A stretch of DNA of 64,000 nucleotides from an uncultured Elusimicrobia bacterium. Lineage in GTDB: Bacteria > Elusimicrobiota > Elusimicrobia > 2-01-FULL-59-12. The DNA lies in contig OY969767.1 in NCBI GenBank assembly GCA_963702895.1, forward strand, positions 1,088,001 through 1,152,000, in the 5' to 3' direction. A model generated the notes under the pieces. It made no database searches. It worked only from the letters and a program-made list of their open reading frames with translations, and was not told where the DNA came from. Shown here one piece after another: positions 48,143 through 58,596 of the stretch; the stretch's first letter is position 1, and the number at the start of each line of letters is the position of its first letter. A program made the translations under genes and the position numbers.

Positions 48143-50154
48143 TGGCAAGACCCCTGCTTTTGATCTGTCGCCTGGCCTCTGCGCTGGGAATTCTTTCTCT
48201 CGTTTTAACGGCCGAGATCAGCCTGCCTTACGGATGGCTGAGCGGACTTGCCTGGGCCGCGGGTCTATTCCTTGATCGCCGACCTTCCTGGCAGGCGAGG
48301 TGGCAGGTGATGGAGACGCCGGCCGTGATCGCGATCATCATGGTCTTTCTGCTCGACTTCTTTCGGTTCGGCGCTTCGATCTTTGTGAGCCTCGCGCATT
48401 TTCTGATGCTGTTTCAGGCCATCAAGCTTCTGGGGAGGAAAGGGCGAAAGGACTGCGCGCAGATCCTCCTCGTCAGCTTTTTCCAGACCCTCTCGTCCTG
48501 CACGCTTTCGGTCGGGGCTTGGCAAGCGGGCGTGATGCTGGCGCTTGTTCCGATCGCGACCGCTGGGCTCTTTTGGCTTCAGGCCAGTCGTGAGGAAGCG
48601 CTCTATCCCGATTTCTTTGTGAAAGGTGCCGCGAAGTCGTTCCGCTGGGTCGTGCTGTTCATGAGTGCGGCCGCCATTCCCATCAATCTGGTCCTTGCAG
48701 CGGCTCTCTTTGTGGTTTTTCCCCGCTTAGGCTTTCGCACCTTCGTGGGTGTGGGGATGGGCAAGAGCGGCTATACCGAGCAGGTCAATCTGACCCTAGG
48801 CGGTCGCCTCCATGAGGACAACAGCACGGTGATGTGGTTGGAGATCCTTCCTCCGTCCGATCGCCCGCGCTGGGGTGGCTACCTCAGGGGCGGGGCGCTC
48901 GAGGCCTTTGATGGCAAAGTGTGGAGCCGAAGCGGTTCCTTATCGCAGAAGGCTTTGGTCGCAGGTTCCGGCGGCTTGATCCGCGCCCCAGGCTTCACGG
49001 GGGATGCCATCCACGGGGCCTTGCGCCAGCACGTCACCCTCATCAACACGGCAGGATCCATCCTCTTTGGCAGTCCCGCCATCATCGAAGTCTCTGCGCC
49101 CTTCACCACGCTTCAGTATTACGCCGATGGAAGTTTTCGCTGGACCACGGGCTGGCGAAAGCCACTGGCCTACGATATCGTCTCGCAGGAGGCCTCGCGT
49201 TCTTCGTCTGTCAGGCAACCCCTGGGCCCCAAAGACCTGCAAGCCAATCTGGATCTGCCCGGTCTTTCATTTGATAAAACGAAAATCCTCACACGATCAA
49301 TGGGGGGCACGGGGCCGGCCCGGCTTCGTGCGCAGAGAATCGAGTCTTTTCTGCGGGACAACTTCACTTACGCCAAGGACCTGGGTTCATCGACAAGCGC
49401 CAATCCCATCGAGGAGTTCCTCTTTGTCACGAAGCGCGGGCCCTGCGGTCATTTCTCCTCAGCCATGGCCGTGATGCTGCGCCTGAGCGGCATTCCCGCG
49501 CGTGTGGTCTCGGGCTACTACAAAGGATCATGGAACAGCCGGGTCGGGCAGTATGTGATACGGGAAAAAGACGCCCATGCCTGGGTCGAAGCGTATCTGC
49601 CGGGTCAAGGCTGGACGGCGTTTGATCCGACGCCGCGTGTGGAAGGGCCGGTCTCTGCGCAACCCTGGCTCGTCAGACTTCAGGAGAATTGGGACTACGT
49701 CAATTACACGTGGGATAAGCTCGTCATTCAGTACGACCTCTATTCACAGGTGAGGGTGCTGGAGGATCTTCAGCGCGGGTCGAACAGGATGAATGAAAAA
49801 GCGACCGCCTGGATCAATCAACTCCAGTCCTTGTTCCGGCTCTCTCATCCGCTGGAGAGCGGATTGCGCGCGAAGAAGCGCTTGCGGTTCTTTCCCCTTC
49901 TGGCACTTCTATCGATCGTGGGCCTTCTCACCGCGATCGCTCTCCATTTCTGGAGACGAAGAAAGGCGATCGATCCTTCGATCGCGTTTTACGTCCAATT
50001 TCTTTCGCGCATGGCCCAAAAAGGCTATCCCAAGGCCCCCTACGAGACAGGTCTCGAATACGCGGCCCGCCTGCCGGATGAGGCTGGCGGTGCCCAAGCC
50101 AGGCAACTGACCGATCGTTACTACAAGGCGCGCTATCGCTCCATCCGCGCTTAA
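48142..50154 (+). CDS. Membrane transglutaminase-like protein (DUF3488/TgpA type)
   Basis: N-terminal TMs, G.C.HF.SAM.V.LR..GIPAR.V.GY, HAWVEAY, FDPT. Confidence 0.9.
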   Translation: MARPLLLICRLASALGILSLVLTAEISLPYGWLSGLAWAAGLFLDRRPSWQARWQVMETPAVIAIIMVFLLDFFRFGASIFVSLAHFLMLFQAIKLLGRKGRKDCAQILLVSFFQTLSSCTLSVGAWQAGVMLALVPIATAGLFWLQASREEALYPDFFVKGAAKSFRWVVLFMSAAAIPINLVLAAALFVVFPRLGFRTFVGVGMGKSGYTEQVNLTLGGRLHEDNSTVMWLEILPPSDRPRWGGYLRGGALEAFDGKVWSRSGSLSQKALVAGSGGLIRAPGFTGDAIHGALRQHVTLINTAGSILFGSPAIIEVSAPFTTLQYYADGSFRWTTGWRKPLAYDIVSQEASRSSSVRQPLGPKDLQANLDLPGLSFDKTKILTRSMGGTGPARLRAQRIESFLRDNFTYAKDLGSSTSANPIEEFLFVTKRGPCGHFSSAMAVMLRLSGIPARVVSGYYKGSWNSRVGQYVIREKDAHAWVEAYLPGQGWTAFDPTPRVEGPVSAQPWLVRLQENWDYVNYTWDKLVIQYDLYSQVRVLEDLQRGSNRMNEKATAWINQLQSLFRLSHPLESGLRAKKRLRFFPLLALLSIVGLLTAIALHFWRRRKAIDPSIAFYVQFLSRMAQKGYPKAPYETGLEYAARLPDEAGGAQARQLTDRYYKARYRSIRA

Positions 50155-53057
50155 GAGCGGGTGTGGTTCATCTCGAGAGAGAAGGCATCCTCATGCCTCT
50201 TCCGGAGGGGGCTCTTTCCATGGCGGATCTGGGTCGGTTTGTGCTCTTTGCGGCAGACATGGGCGAGCGTGCACCACGAGCAGTAGCCATACCCGTCGCT
50301 CGGACGGATGAAAAAGGAGCCTGACTCGATCTCTTGGACCAAAAAGCCTAATCTCTTGCGGAAGGGCTCGCCGTAGTCCTTCCAGAATTCCGGGCCAATC
50401 TCCAGCGGCATTTCGCTTTCTCCTAAACGATAGAACCGTGCTGAGCCGTTGCGAAAGGCCTTGTTCCCTTGTTTCTTCAACCATGCTTGGGCCAGGAGCA
50501 CATAGAGAGGCAGTTGGAAGCTTTTGCCCTTCAAGATGGCTGTTTCGACCTTCACGTTTTTCCCAATCCCGCCAGAGCCAGTTTTATAGTCTACAACCCG
50601 GAAAGCGTTCTCTTTCAGGTCTAAGCGATCAATCCGACCCTGGAGAAACAGCCCATCCACGACTTCAGCGAGGTTCAGCTCGAAATGGGTCGGCCGAAAG
50701 CCGCTTTCTTTCAGCTCGGCCCTATCTTGAGGTATAAAGCTGTGAAGTGTGCTTAGGATGGAGTTTTGCTCCGCCTGCCAAGCCAGAGGATAGAGCTCGG
50801 GATGCTCTTTGGCAAAGAGCTCCAACTCCTTTTCGGCCAATTGATCCATATTGACTTCGTCTGATTTCGAATAGCTTTGATAGATAAGCTCAAGTAACTT
50901 ATGAATGAGTTTTCCACGTCCTGCGAGGCTGAGCACTCCGTCTTCCACATCCCTTTGTTCGGTTTCGAGCCCCAGAACCTTCCGGCCATAGACCTTGAAG
51001 GGACACTCCGCCAAATCCTTTAAGGTGGCGGGGGATAAGCCCTTCGCCAGGAGCTTCCGGGAGAGCGGGTGGTCTTTCCCGATGAGCCCGTCATAGGCCC
51101 CCAGTGCCTTGAAGGATTCCATCTCGCGCTGCGACTGGAGGAGATGGTTCATCATGTCTCGGTCCCATCCTAAAGCCTCATAGAGGGTGTCGGTTTCACA
51201 GTCGTGCCTGTGGAAGGCGAGAGAAACCTCTTTCGGACGAAGCGTCCGGGCCGGGACCTGATGAATCTTTTCCAGCCATGTCCGGCGCAAGGATTGGAGC
51301 GCCACTTGGTTCTGGCGCAGATAGTCATGGAGGTAAAGCGATAGGACCAGCGCCTTGCCTTCTTCGTCGGAACGCTGGCAGGAGAGGTGCAAATGGCTCC
51401 TGGCCGATTGGATGGCGAGCTCAAAGAGCAATTTTTCTTCCTGGTAGCCGTCCATCTTGCGGCCCAGCCGGCAGCCGAGCGCTTGTGCGAGGGTCGACCG
51501 GGCCGCGTCGGAGAGGAACGGATCTTCACGAATCAGACGCGGGAAGAGTTTCTCATTCAAGCCCACAAGGAACACGGCTTCAAAGGAAAGCCCGCGCGCG
51601 CTCATGATGTCCATCACTTGAACGCCTGCGACATGGTCGGGGACAAGCGCCAGACGCAAGCCTTCGAGTTTTTCTTCCAGCACTTCGAGGAAGCGCGCGT
51701 AGGGCACTGGCTTCCCCAGCGCGTCGAGCTCGCTCAGGGATTCGACGGCCTCCAAGAGCCCTTCCCAAAGGCGGATTTCGACGTCCGTGGCGTCTTCTGG
51801 GAAATGAATCTTTGAGGAGAGAAGTTCCTTCGCCCGGCGGGTGTGCTCTGACCAGCTCGAAAGGATTTCCCCCTCCCTTGTCTCAGCCAAAAGGACCTCC
51901 CTTGCCCGCTTGACGAGCGGCCAAGCTCCGACGGGTTCCTCTGCATGGAGGGCATAGGGAATTCGGTGGTTTTCGAGGATTTCACGCAGGGTGCTCAGGT
52001 AAGGGTCTAAAGAGCGGGCGATCACTGCCATGTCGTCATACGGAACCCCCTGCTGGGCGAGTTCAAGGATCTTTTTTGCGGTGAGCCAGATTTCATCGTG
52101 GGTCCCGGAGCAGCTCCAGGCTTCTGTGGTTCGACCCGGCGAACCGGCCCCATCCACCTGTGGAGTGCTCGATGGTTGGGGCCGTCCCGACGAAATAGAT
52201 TCATAGGAGGACGGGACGGCGAGTGGGCGAACCGGCGCGGGAATCGATGGGTTGTTTCGCCGGCTCGCCGGGTCGCCGGCTCGCCGGCTCTGACTTTGAA
52301 AGGCTGGATCTTTCAGCAACAGCTCCGCATACCCGTAAGCGGGATGGCCTTCTTCGTAAGGAAAGTAGATCCTGGCATGGGGATGAGTCGAAAGCGCTCT
52401 GACCAGGTCGAGCTGCACGCCGGTGAGATCGTAGAAGCCATAGAGGTAAATCGCCTTCAGTTCTTGGATCCAGGGGGTCTCGGGGATGGCCGCGGCCGCT
52501 CGTCGGATCAAGTCCGCACTCGTTTGCAGGCGGTGGTCGTGGAGGACTTTATAGGTCAGGACATTGAGTTCCAAAATCGGCACCGCCCCTCCTGCTCCTT
52601 CACCGAGGTGACCTTCTCGGGCGACGTTGGCGCAATCGACGACGCGCGCGCCGGAATCCTGAAGGTCTTTGAGCGTTGCCGCAAGGGCCCCCGCCAGCCC
52701 TTTGGGAATCGGTGAGCCCGGATGCACCAGGGCGTCTTTGGAAAGGAAGGGCATCTGTGCCTCGCCCGAAAGGAAGTCATGCACGATTTCCCGGTAGAGC
52801 GTGGGCTCGGTGATCCTGTGCGTGTCCAAGGTGGACTCACTCACCCAAGCACGTTCCGCCAGCGCAAAAAAGGTCAGGAAATGGATGTTGAGGTACGCAT
52901 GGCTTTGGGCGAGTCGTCGTTGTAAGCGGTTCAAGATCTGGCCCGAGGGCGATAGAACCAGGACCCCGCCCAAGGGGTCGGACTTCTTCTGAGCTGCCAC
53001 ATCGCTAAGAAAAGCGTTTTCGAGAGAGGAATAGGTGCCGGTCGTGAGGTGGAACAT
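50151..53057 (-). CDS. addB: AddB/RexB-like PD-(D/E)xK nuclease subunit
   Basis: YGFYDLT..Q, ARGL.F..V...GL.E..FP, ECPF, GRIDRLD, DYKTG, QLPLY, C..C.....C cluster. Confidence 0.85.
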   Translation of the reverse strand: MFHLTTGTYSSLENAFLSDVAAQKKSDPLGGVLVLSPSGQILNRLQRRLAQSHAYLNIHFLTFFALAERAWVSESTLDTHRITEPTLYREIVHDFLSGEAQMPFLSKDALVHPGSPIPKGLAGALAATLKDLQDSGARVVDCANVAREGHLGEGAGGAVPILELNVLTYKVLHDHRLQTSADLIRRAAAAIPETPWIQELKAIYLYGFYDLTGVQLDLVRALSTHPHARIYFPYEEGHPAYGYAELLLKDPAFQSQSRRAGDPASRRNNPSIPAPVRPLAVPSSYESISSGRPQPSSTPQVDGAGSPGRTTEAWSCSGTHDEIWLTAKKILELAQQGVPYDDMAVIARSLDPYLSTLREILENHRIPYALHAEEPVGAWPLVKRAREVLLAETREGEILSSWSEHTRRAKELLSSKIHFPEDATDVEIRLWEGLLEAVESLSELDALGKPVPYARFLEVLEEKLEGLRLALVPDHVAGVQVMDIMSARGLSFEAVFLVGLNEKLFPRLIREDPFLSDAARSTLAQALGCRLGRKMDGYQEEKLLFELAIQSARSHLHLSCQRSDEEGKALVLSLYLHDYLRQNQVALQSLRRTWLEKIHQVPARTLRPKEVSLAFHRHDCETDTLYEALGWDRDMMNHLLQSQREMESFKALGAYDGLIGKDHPLSRKLLAKGLSPATLKDLAECPFKVYGRKVLGLETEQRDVEDGVLSLAGRGKLIHKLLELIYQSYSKSDEVNMDQLAEKELELFAKEHPELYPLAWQAEQNSILSTLHSFIPQDRAELKESGFRPTHFELNLAEVVDGLFLQGRIDRLDLKENAFRVVDYKTGSGGIGKNVKVETAILKGKSFQLPLYVLLAQAWLKKQGNKAFRNGSARFYRLGESEMPLEIGPEFWKDYGEPFRKRLGFLVQEIESGSFFIRPSDGYGYCSWCTLAHVCRKEHKPTQIRHGKSPLRKRHEDAFSLEMNHTRS

Positions 53058-53068
53058 CCCCTGCCATT

Positions 53069-54322
53069 CTACATCAAGGCGGTGCCGACCATGAGAAGCG
53101 TCAGCACGATCATGACCCCACAGGTGGTGACGGCAATGATGTTGTAGAAGCGGGAATTCACATAGGCCCCCATGATCTGCTTTTTGTTGATCAAGCGGAG
53201 CATGTAGATGAGAATGAAGGGTAGAAGAACGCCTTGGATGACCTGAGACAGCAGCATGATGCGCCAGAGCGGTATCCGGGGCAAGAGAACGAAGCCGGAG
53301 CCTATGACAATCATGGCCCCGAAGAGCGTATAGAATTGAGGGGCTTCTTCGAACGAACGGTCCACGCCGGCTTCCCAACCCAAACCTTCGGAGACGTAGA
53401 AGGCGGTTGAAAGCGGTAGGACCGCCGCGGCGGCCAGAGAGGCCACCAAGAGGCCGATCCCAAAGAGGGCAAAACAATATTGTCCCGCGATGGGCTTGAG
53501 CGCCATGGCCGCAGACTGGGCATCGTCAATGCGGATGCCGTTTGTGAAGAGCGTCGCCGCGCAAGTGACCATGATGGAGAACGTGATAATGTTCGTCATG
53601 CCGCAGCCCGAGATGACGTCGAGCCGGCACATGGGATACTCCTCTTTGCGGATTCCTTTTTCGACCACCGAGCTTTGGAGATAGAACTGCATCCATGGGG
53701 TGATGGTCGTTCCCACCAGCCCGATGAGCACGACCACATAATGTTGGTTCCAGGTGATTCCGGAAGGCAACACCAGCTGCGTCAAGACTTCTTTCCATGG
53801 GGGGTGGACCATCCAAGCGGAGATCACATAACTCCCAAAGAAAACAATGGAGACAAGAAAAATCTTCTCAACATTCCGGTAGCTCCCTTTCGTGACGGTC
53901 CACCAGACAAACAGGGCCGCCAGCGGAACGGATACGTAGCGGGAGATATGGAACATCTCAAGACTGGCTGCGATCCCGGCGAATTCTGAGATGGTGGTCC
54001 CGATGTTTCCAATCAGGAGCCCGATCATCACGTAGAAGGTGGCTTTCACGCCGTAGTTTTCGCGGATGAGGTCCGCTAATCCCTTGCCTGTGACAGCCCC
54101 CATGCGCGCCGCCATTTCTTGGATGACGATGAGGGAGACCGTTAAGGGGAAGATCGTCCACAGCATGGTGTAGCCAAAATGCGAGCCCACGACGGAGCAC
54201 GTCGCAATCCCCCCCGCATCGTTGTCGATAAAGGCCGTGATCAGGCCAGGCCCCATGATCGCTAAAAAAAGGGCCATGCGCCGGAAGAAAGCGGAGAGTT
54301 TGTTGGGTCGCAGGTCGTACAT
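53069..54322 (-). CDS. NRAMP-related divalent metal (likely Mg2+) transporter
   Basis: GPGLI...DNDAGGIAT, QEM.AR.G.VTG.GL, GTTITPWMQF. Confidence 0.88.
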   Translation of the reverse strand: MYDLRPNKLSAFFRRMALFLAIMGPGLITAFIDNDAGGIATCSVVGSHFGYTMLWTIFPLTVSLIVIQEMAARMGAVTGKGLADLIRENYGVKATFYVMIGLLIGNIGTTISEFAGIAASLEMFHISRYVSVPLAALFVWWTVTKGSYRNVEKIFLVSIVFFGSYVISAWMVHPPWKEVLTQLVLPSGITWNQHYVVVLIGLVGTTITPWMQFYLQSSVVEKGIRKEEYPMCRLDVISGCGMTNIITFSIMVTCAATLFTNGIRIDDAQSAAMALKPIAGQYCFALFGIGLLVASLAAAAVLPLSTAFYVSEGLGWEAGVDRSFEEAPQFYTLFGAMIVIGSGFVLLPRIPLWRIMLLSQVIQGVLLPFILIYMLRLINKKQIMGAYVNSRFYNIIAVTTCGVMIVLTLLMVGTALM

Positions 54323-54324
54323 GA

Positions 54325-55620
54325 TCAGCCCCCCGCGTGTTTCTTGCCTGAACGCCTGCGCCAGGCGATGGGGATGACCAGGTGCAAGATATCGTCGACT
54401 GTGATAATGCCCTGCAGTTGTTTTTCCTTGTTGACGACCGGAAGGGCAGAGACTTTGTACTTGTCCATGAGGAAAGCGACTTCTTTGAGCGGGGTGTCGA
54501 GATACACGTACACCGGTTTGGGGAACACGGTCTGCTCCACGGGAATCGCGGGATCAGCGGCGATGAGCCGACGCAGGGTCGTCGTCCCCATGAGTTGCTT
54601 GGTTTCGCTCGTGACGTAGAGGTAATAAATGGTTTCAAGCTCAGGTGTCTTTTCCTTAATCAAGGCCAGGGTCTGCTCGACGGAGAGGTCTTTCGGGATC
54701 TCGAGAAATTCGGTGGTCATGATGCCGCCGGCTTCGTCTTCTTCGTAGCCGAGGAGTTTGGAAAGCTTTTTGGCTTGGTTGGATTCCATCAGGGAGAGGA
54801 ACTGCTTCGACTGGTTCTCCGGCATCTCGCCGAGCAAGTCGACCGCCTCATCGGCACTCATCCTGGAAAGGAGCTCGACGGCTTCCCGGGTCTCCAGGTT
54901 CTCAAGCAGCTGCTCCTGCTGCTGGAAGTCCAGGCGCTCAAAGAGCCTGGCGCGATGGTGCGGGTCGGCCGTGCGAAACAAAGCGATCCTTTGATGGATA
55001 TCCAGACTGACGATGATCTCACCCAGGTCGGCGGGAGGAATCTTCTCCAATTGTTTGGCGGTGAGGTCCATATGAATGGGGTCGCTGGGGTCGAGCGTGA
55101 TCGTTTTGACAAATTTCCAACTGACCAGAGTTTCGGTTTCGAGATACGGCGATCGGGGTCGTACCCACCGCACGAGGCGATCCACCCCGAGCTGCCACCC
55201 CAGGCGCCTGACGAGGCCGCGGGTGCCAATATCCACATGCACGACACGCAGGGGCGACACCTGCAGCATATGGACGTCATTGACCCGGATCACTTTGTGG
55301 TTATGGATGTCGACGACTTGTTGGTCGAGAATGTCTTTGCGAATGCGGTAGACGTCGGCATGGAGTTCCGGGGTAAAAACGAGGCCGGCTGAAAGTCCAT
55401 TGAACTGGATGCGGCCGTCGGACACCGTCACGTCCTTCGCCGCGAGCTCCGCGTAGCGCTTGTGCCATGTTCCACGCGAAAGGATGACCTGCGTCACGGG
55501 GGGATAAGGATCTTGCGGGTTGATCACGAAGTCATGAAGATGTCCCGCCGCGCGACCGTTGGTGTCATAAACGGTCTTTCCCATCAGGTCGGCGAAGTAC
55601 AGGAAAGACGATTCAGGCAT
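54325..55620 (-). CDS. Soluble MgtE N-domain/CBS protein
   Basis: PRC-barrel-like N-terminus, PADL..I, Y.ED.AGGIMTTE, tandem CBS; no TM domain. Confidence 0.85.
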   Translation of the reverse strand: MPESSFLYFADLMGKTVYDTNGRAAGHLHDFVINPQDPYPPVTQVILSRGTWHKRYAELAAKDVTVSDGRIQFNGLSAGLVFTPELHADVYRIRKDILDQQVVDIHNHKVIRVNDVHMLQVSPLRVVHVDIGTRGLVRRLGWQLGVDRLVRWVRPRSPYLETETLVSWKFVKTITLDPSDPIHMDLTAKQLEKIPPADLGEIIVSLDIHQRIALFRTADPHHRARLFERLDFQQQEQLLENLETREAVELLSRMSADEAVDLLGEMPENQSKQFLSLMESNQAKKLSKLLGYEEDEAGGIMTTEFLEIPKDLSVEQTLALIKEKTPELETIYYLYVTSETKQLMGTTTLRRLIAADPAIPVEQTVFPKPVYVYLDTPLKEVAFLMDKYKVSALPVVNKEKQLQGIITVDDILHLVIPIAWRRRSGKKHAGG

Positions 55621-57271
55621 GCCGTGGTTCCTGCTGTTTCTCTCGTCGGATCATAGACCAGAAGGGGCCCCATTCCTCCATCTGAAGAAGCCTTGCCATC
55701 AGCATATAAACGGCCGCGCCGCCGCCAATCGTCAACACAAGACCGAAGGCCCGGATGAAGTATCTCGTCCCATCCAGCGCCGCGCGCTCCGCCGGAGGAA
55801 GCTGCATGACGGCCCAGGCAAAGAGCGCCATCACCGCCGAAGCCGCCAGGGACTTTAGAAGTGTGCGGAAAATGCGCCGACCGCCGAGGAGGCCGATGCG
55901 TCTTCGGAGAAGAAGAAATAGGGCCCCCGCATTCGCCCATGCCGCGATGGAAGTCGCAAGCGCAAGAGAGGCCACGCCGATTTTGCCGTTGAGGGCGCTC
56001 GCCCATTCGGGATGGGAAAGGCTCAGTCGTGAGCGGGCATAGAGGGTCAAGAGATTCAGCACGATATTGAGGACCACGCAAACACTGGCGATGGTGACGG
56101 GGGTTCGGGTGGTCTGCTGCGCGTAGAAAGCGGCCGCCAGAATCTTGACGGCGGCATAGGCGAAAAGCCCCGACGCGAAGGCGGCGAGCGACCAGCTGGT
56201 GAGGAGGCTGGCTTCACTCGAGAACTTTCCGTACTGGAACAGAACCTGTGTGATGGGATGGCCCAGGACCAGGAGCCCGACCGTCGCGGGCACAATCATG
56301 AAAAGCGTAAGCCTCAGGGAAAAGTTTAAGATCTCTTTTACTTCGTGCATGTCGCGGCGGGCTGCAGCGGCGGACATGGACGGGAGCGCCACTTGCGAAA
56401 GCGCGATTCCGAAGAGTGCCAGCGGCAGCTGCATCACCCGGTTCGAATAGTAGAGCGCGGTGACCGACCCGACACTGAGAAAGGTCGCCATCATCGTGAC
56501 CACAAAGGCGTTCACTTGGTCTGCCGCAACGCCGAGGGTGGCAGGCAGAATGAGTCGTCCTACGCGACGCACATCCTGGTGGCGGGGGTCCCAGCGCAGG
56601 CGTAAAGTCAAGTTCTGTTTCAGCAGGGCTGGCACGAGCACCCAGAACTGACCGAATCCTCCCACGGCGACGCTGATCGCAAGCCCCACCACCGCTTGCT
56701 GGCCACTGAGGTGAGCGATCCAGAGAAAACCAATGTAGAGTATTTCAGAGACGCTTAAGCAGGCAGGGGCGAGCGCGGGAAGGAAAAAGGAACGGTAGGT
56801 ATTCAAGACACCCGTGATCAGCGCCGCCAGGCATATAAAGAGCATGAAGGGGAACATATAGCGCGTCAAGATCACGGTGAACGCGAATTGTTCGGAGCCT
56901 GGTTCGAACCCTCGGGCGATGAGACGGGTCAGTTGTGGCGCAAAAAGGATTCCCAGGATCGTGATCGCGGAAAGAAGGACCAGCAACGTTGTGAACATCG
57001 TATTGAGAAAACGCTGGGTTTCTTCGTGGGTCTTCGTTTCCGTGTATTCCGAAAAGACCGGCACAAAGGAGGCCGAAAGCGCGCCTTCCCCCAGAAGCCG
57101 TCGGAAGAGGTTGGAAATGCGAAATGCAGTGTAAAACGCGTCAGCGGCGGGACCCGCGCCAAAGAAAGCGGCGACCAGGGTGTCGCGAACGTAGCCGAGC
57201 ACGCGGGACAGAAGCGTGGCGCCCGTAAAAATACCCGCGGAGCGGGCGAGATGGTGCTGAGGAGAGCTCAT
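55613..57271 (-). CDS. murJ: Lipid II flippase MurJ (MviN)
   Basis: SRVLGYVRD, DAF..AFRI.N.FRRL.GEGAL, LYYSNRVMQLPL. Confidence 0.95.
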   Translation of the reverse strand: MSSPQHHLARSAGIFTGATLLSRVLGYVRDTLVAAFFGAGPAADAFYTAFRISNLFRRLLGEGALSASFVPVFSEYTETKTHEETQRFLNTMFTTLLVLLSAITILGILFAPQLTRLIARGFEPGSEQFAFTVILTRYMFPFMLFICLAALITGVLNTYRSFFLPALAPACLSVSEILYIGFLWIAHLSGQQAVVGLAISVAVGGFGQFWVLVPALLKQNLTLRLRWDPRHQDVRRVGRLILPATLGVAADQVNAFVVTMMATFLSVGSVTALYYSNRVMQLPLALFGIALSQVALPSMSAAAARRDMHEVKEILNFSLRLTLFMIVPATVGLLVLGHPITQVLFQYGKFSSEASLLTSWSLAAFASGLFAYAAVKILAAAFYAQQTTRTPVTIASVCVVLNIVLNLLTLYARSRLSLSHPEWASALNGKIGVASLALATSIAAWANAGALFLLLRRRIGLLGGRRIFRTLLKSLAASAVMALFAWAVMQLPPAERAALDGTRYFIRAFGLVLTIGGGAAVYMLMARLLQMEEWGPFWSMIRREKQQEPRHA

Positions 57272-57311
57272 TGACTTTGCCTGTTTCAATGGGATACGAT
57301 ACCACTTCCTT

Positions 57312-57602
57312 ATGGCGAAATTAAAGACAGGTCGTCACACTTCAGCACTCAAAGCGCACCGGCAGTCGGTCCGCCACGCCGAACATAATGTCGGCGTCCG
57401 GAGCGCCATTCGCACCCTTGCCCGCAAGGTGGAGTCAGCAGTCGCCGCGAAAGATGCGAAGTCCGCTAAAAGTCTTCTGGACGAGGCCTTTTCGGCCTGG
57501 GACAAGGCTGCCAAGAGCGGTATTGTCCACTGGCGAGCGGCCTCCCGCAAGAAGTCAAGACTGGCGGCCCGCATAAGCACCCTCGCTCCGGCAAAGGCCT
57601 AG
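57312..57602 (+). CDS. rpsT: 30S ribosomal protein S20
   Basis: SA.K..RQS, DKAAK.G.VH...A.R.KSRL. Confidence 0.93.
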   Translation: MAKLKTGRHTSALKAHRQSVRHAEHNVGVRSAIRTLARKVESAVAAKDAKSAKSLLDEAFSAWDKAAKSGIVHWRAASRKKSRLAARISTLAPAKA

Positions 57603-58589
57603 CGTCAGAAGCGTTAGGGACATTTCCGGCATTTCCTTCCCCGACTTAATCGATTCTTCGGCTTCCAAGCAAAGGCTCAGGCTTTCCGTAAGGTCTTCCA
57701 TACTCCAGCGGGACAATTCCTGAAGAAAACGGTTTTCTTCTCCCTTTCGAATATGAAAACGCATCGCTAGGACCGCTGCCGGTTCATCGGAGTTTCTGGC
57801 GTCAAGCCACTCCCGGAGCGATCGCGAAGCCAGGGCCAGAAGACGCAGGGGCTCTTCCCCGCCTTCCATCAGCTCATCCAGAACGGCCAGGGCCCTGGAG
57901 AGATCCTGTTTGCGGATGGAGGCGATCCATTCGAAAGGTGAGGCGGCCTTGCTGTAGCCGAAAGAAGCTTGCACATCTTCCAGGTTGATCTCCCGGGCCT
58001 CACCGACGTATGTGGCGCATTTGGCGAGCTCATGGTCAAGAAGCCTCAGCCCTTCTCCGGACTGCTGGATCAACCAGTGGGCAGCCTGCGCATGTAAGTT
58101 TTTCTTGTAAAGTTTGGCCCGTTCCGTGAGCCAGCGCTCAGCCTGCGCGGGGAAAAGCGGCCAGAAGATCACGATCTGCCCGAGCTTTGAAACGGCCTCG
58201 ATAAGCGGTCGTTGAGCGTCGTCTCGCCTCCATTCCCTTCCCCAGACCAAAAGGCATGGTGTTTCGCGGTCCAGCGTCGTCAAGGTCTCGGAGAGCCGTT
58301 CCTGTTCTTTGGGGGAGAGTTGACTCACATTGTGGATGACCAGGACGCGCCTTGAGCCGAAAAAGGGAACGGTGTGAGCGGCTTGAAGGATGTCCTCAAG
58401 GGGTTGGATCGCGGCGTCGAGTTTATCCAACTGGAGCGGATCGGGACGTCCGCCAAGCCAGTGATCGATGGCCTTTTGGATGGCGGCCTCAATTAAGAAA
58501 TCTTCCTGCCCAGAAAACAGATAGACGGCTTTCCACTGCTGTCTGGCCCATTGACCCCAAAGATCGTCGGCTTTGATGGGCGCGCCCAT
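57555..58589 (-). CDS. holA: DNA polymerase III subunit delta
   Basis: VYLF.G.EDFL, PFFG.RRV, EL.K...Y, IKSG; leuS-lptE-holA-rpsT synteny. Confidence 0.88.
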   Translation of the reverse strand: MGAPIKADDLWGQWARQQWKAVYLFSGQEDFLIEAAIQKAIDHWLGGRPDPLQLDKLDAAIQPLEDILQAAHTVPFFGSRRVLVIHNVSQLSPKEQERLSETLTTLDRETPCLLVWGREWRRDDAQRPLIEAVSKLGQIVIFWPLFPAQAERWLTERAKLYKKNLHAQAAHWLIQQSGEGLRLLDHELAKCATYVGEAREINLEDVQASFGYSKAASPFEWIASIRKQDLSRALAVLDELMEGGEEPLRLLALASRSLREWLDARNSDEPAAVLAMRFHIRKGEENRFLQELSRWSMEDLTESLSLCLEAEESIKSGKEMPEMSLTLLTLGLCRSEGAYAGRQS

Positions 58590-58596
58590 GGAGGAC

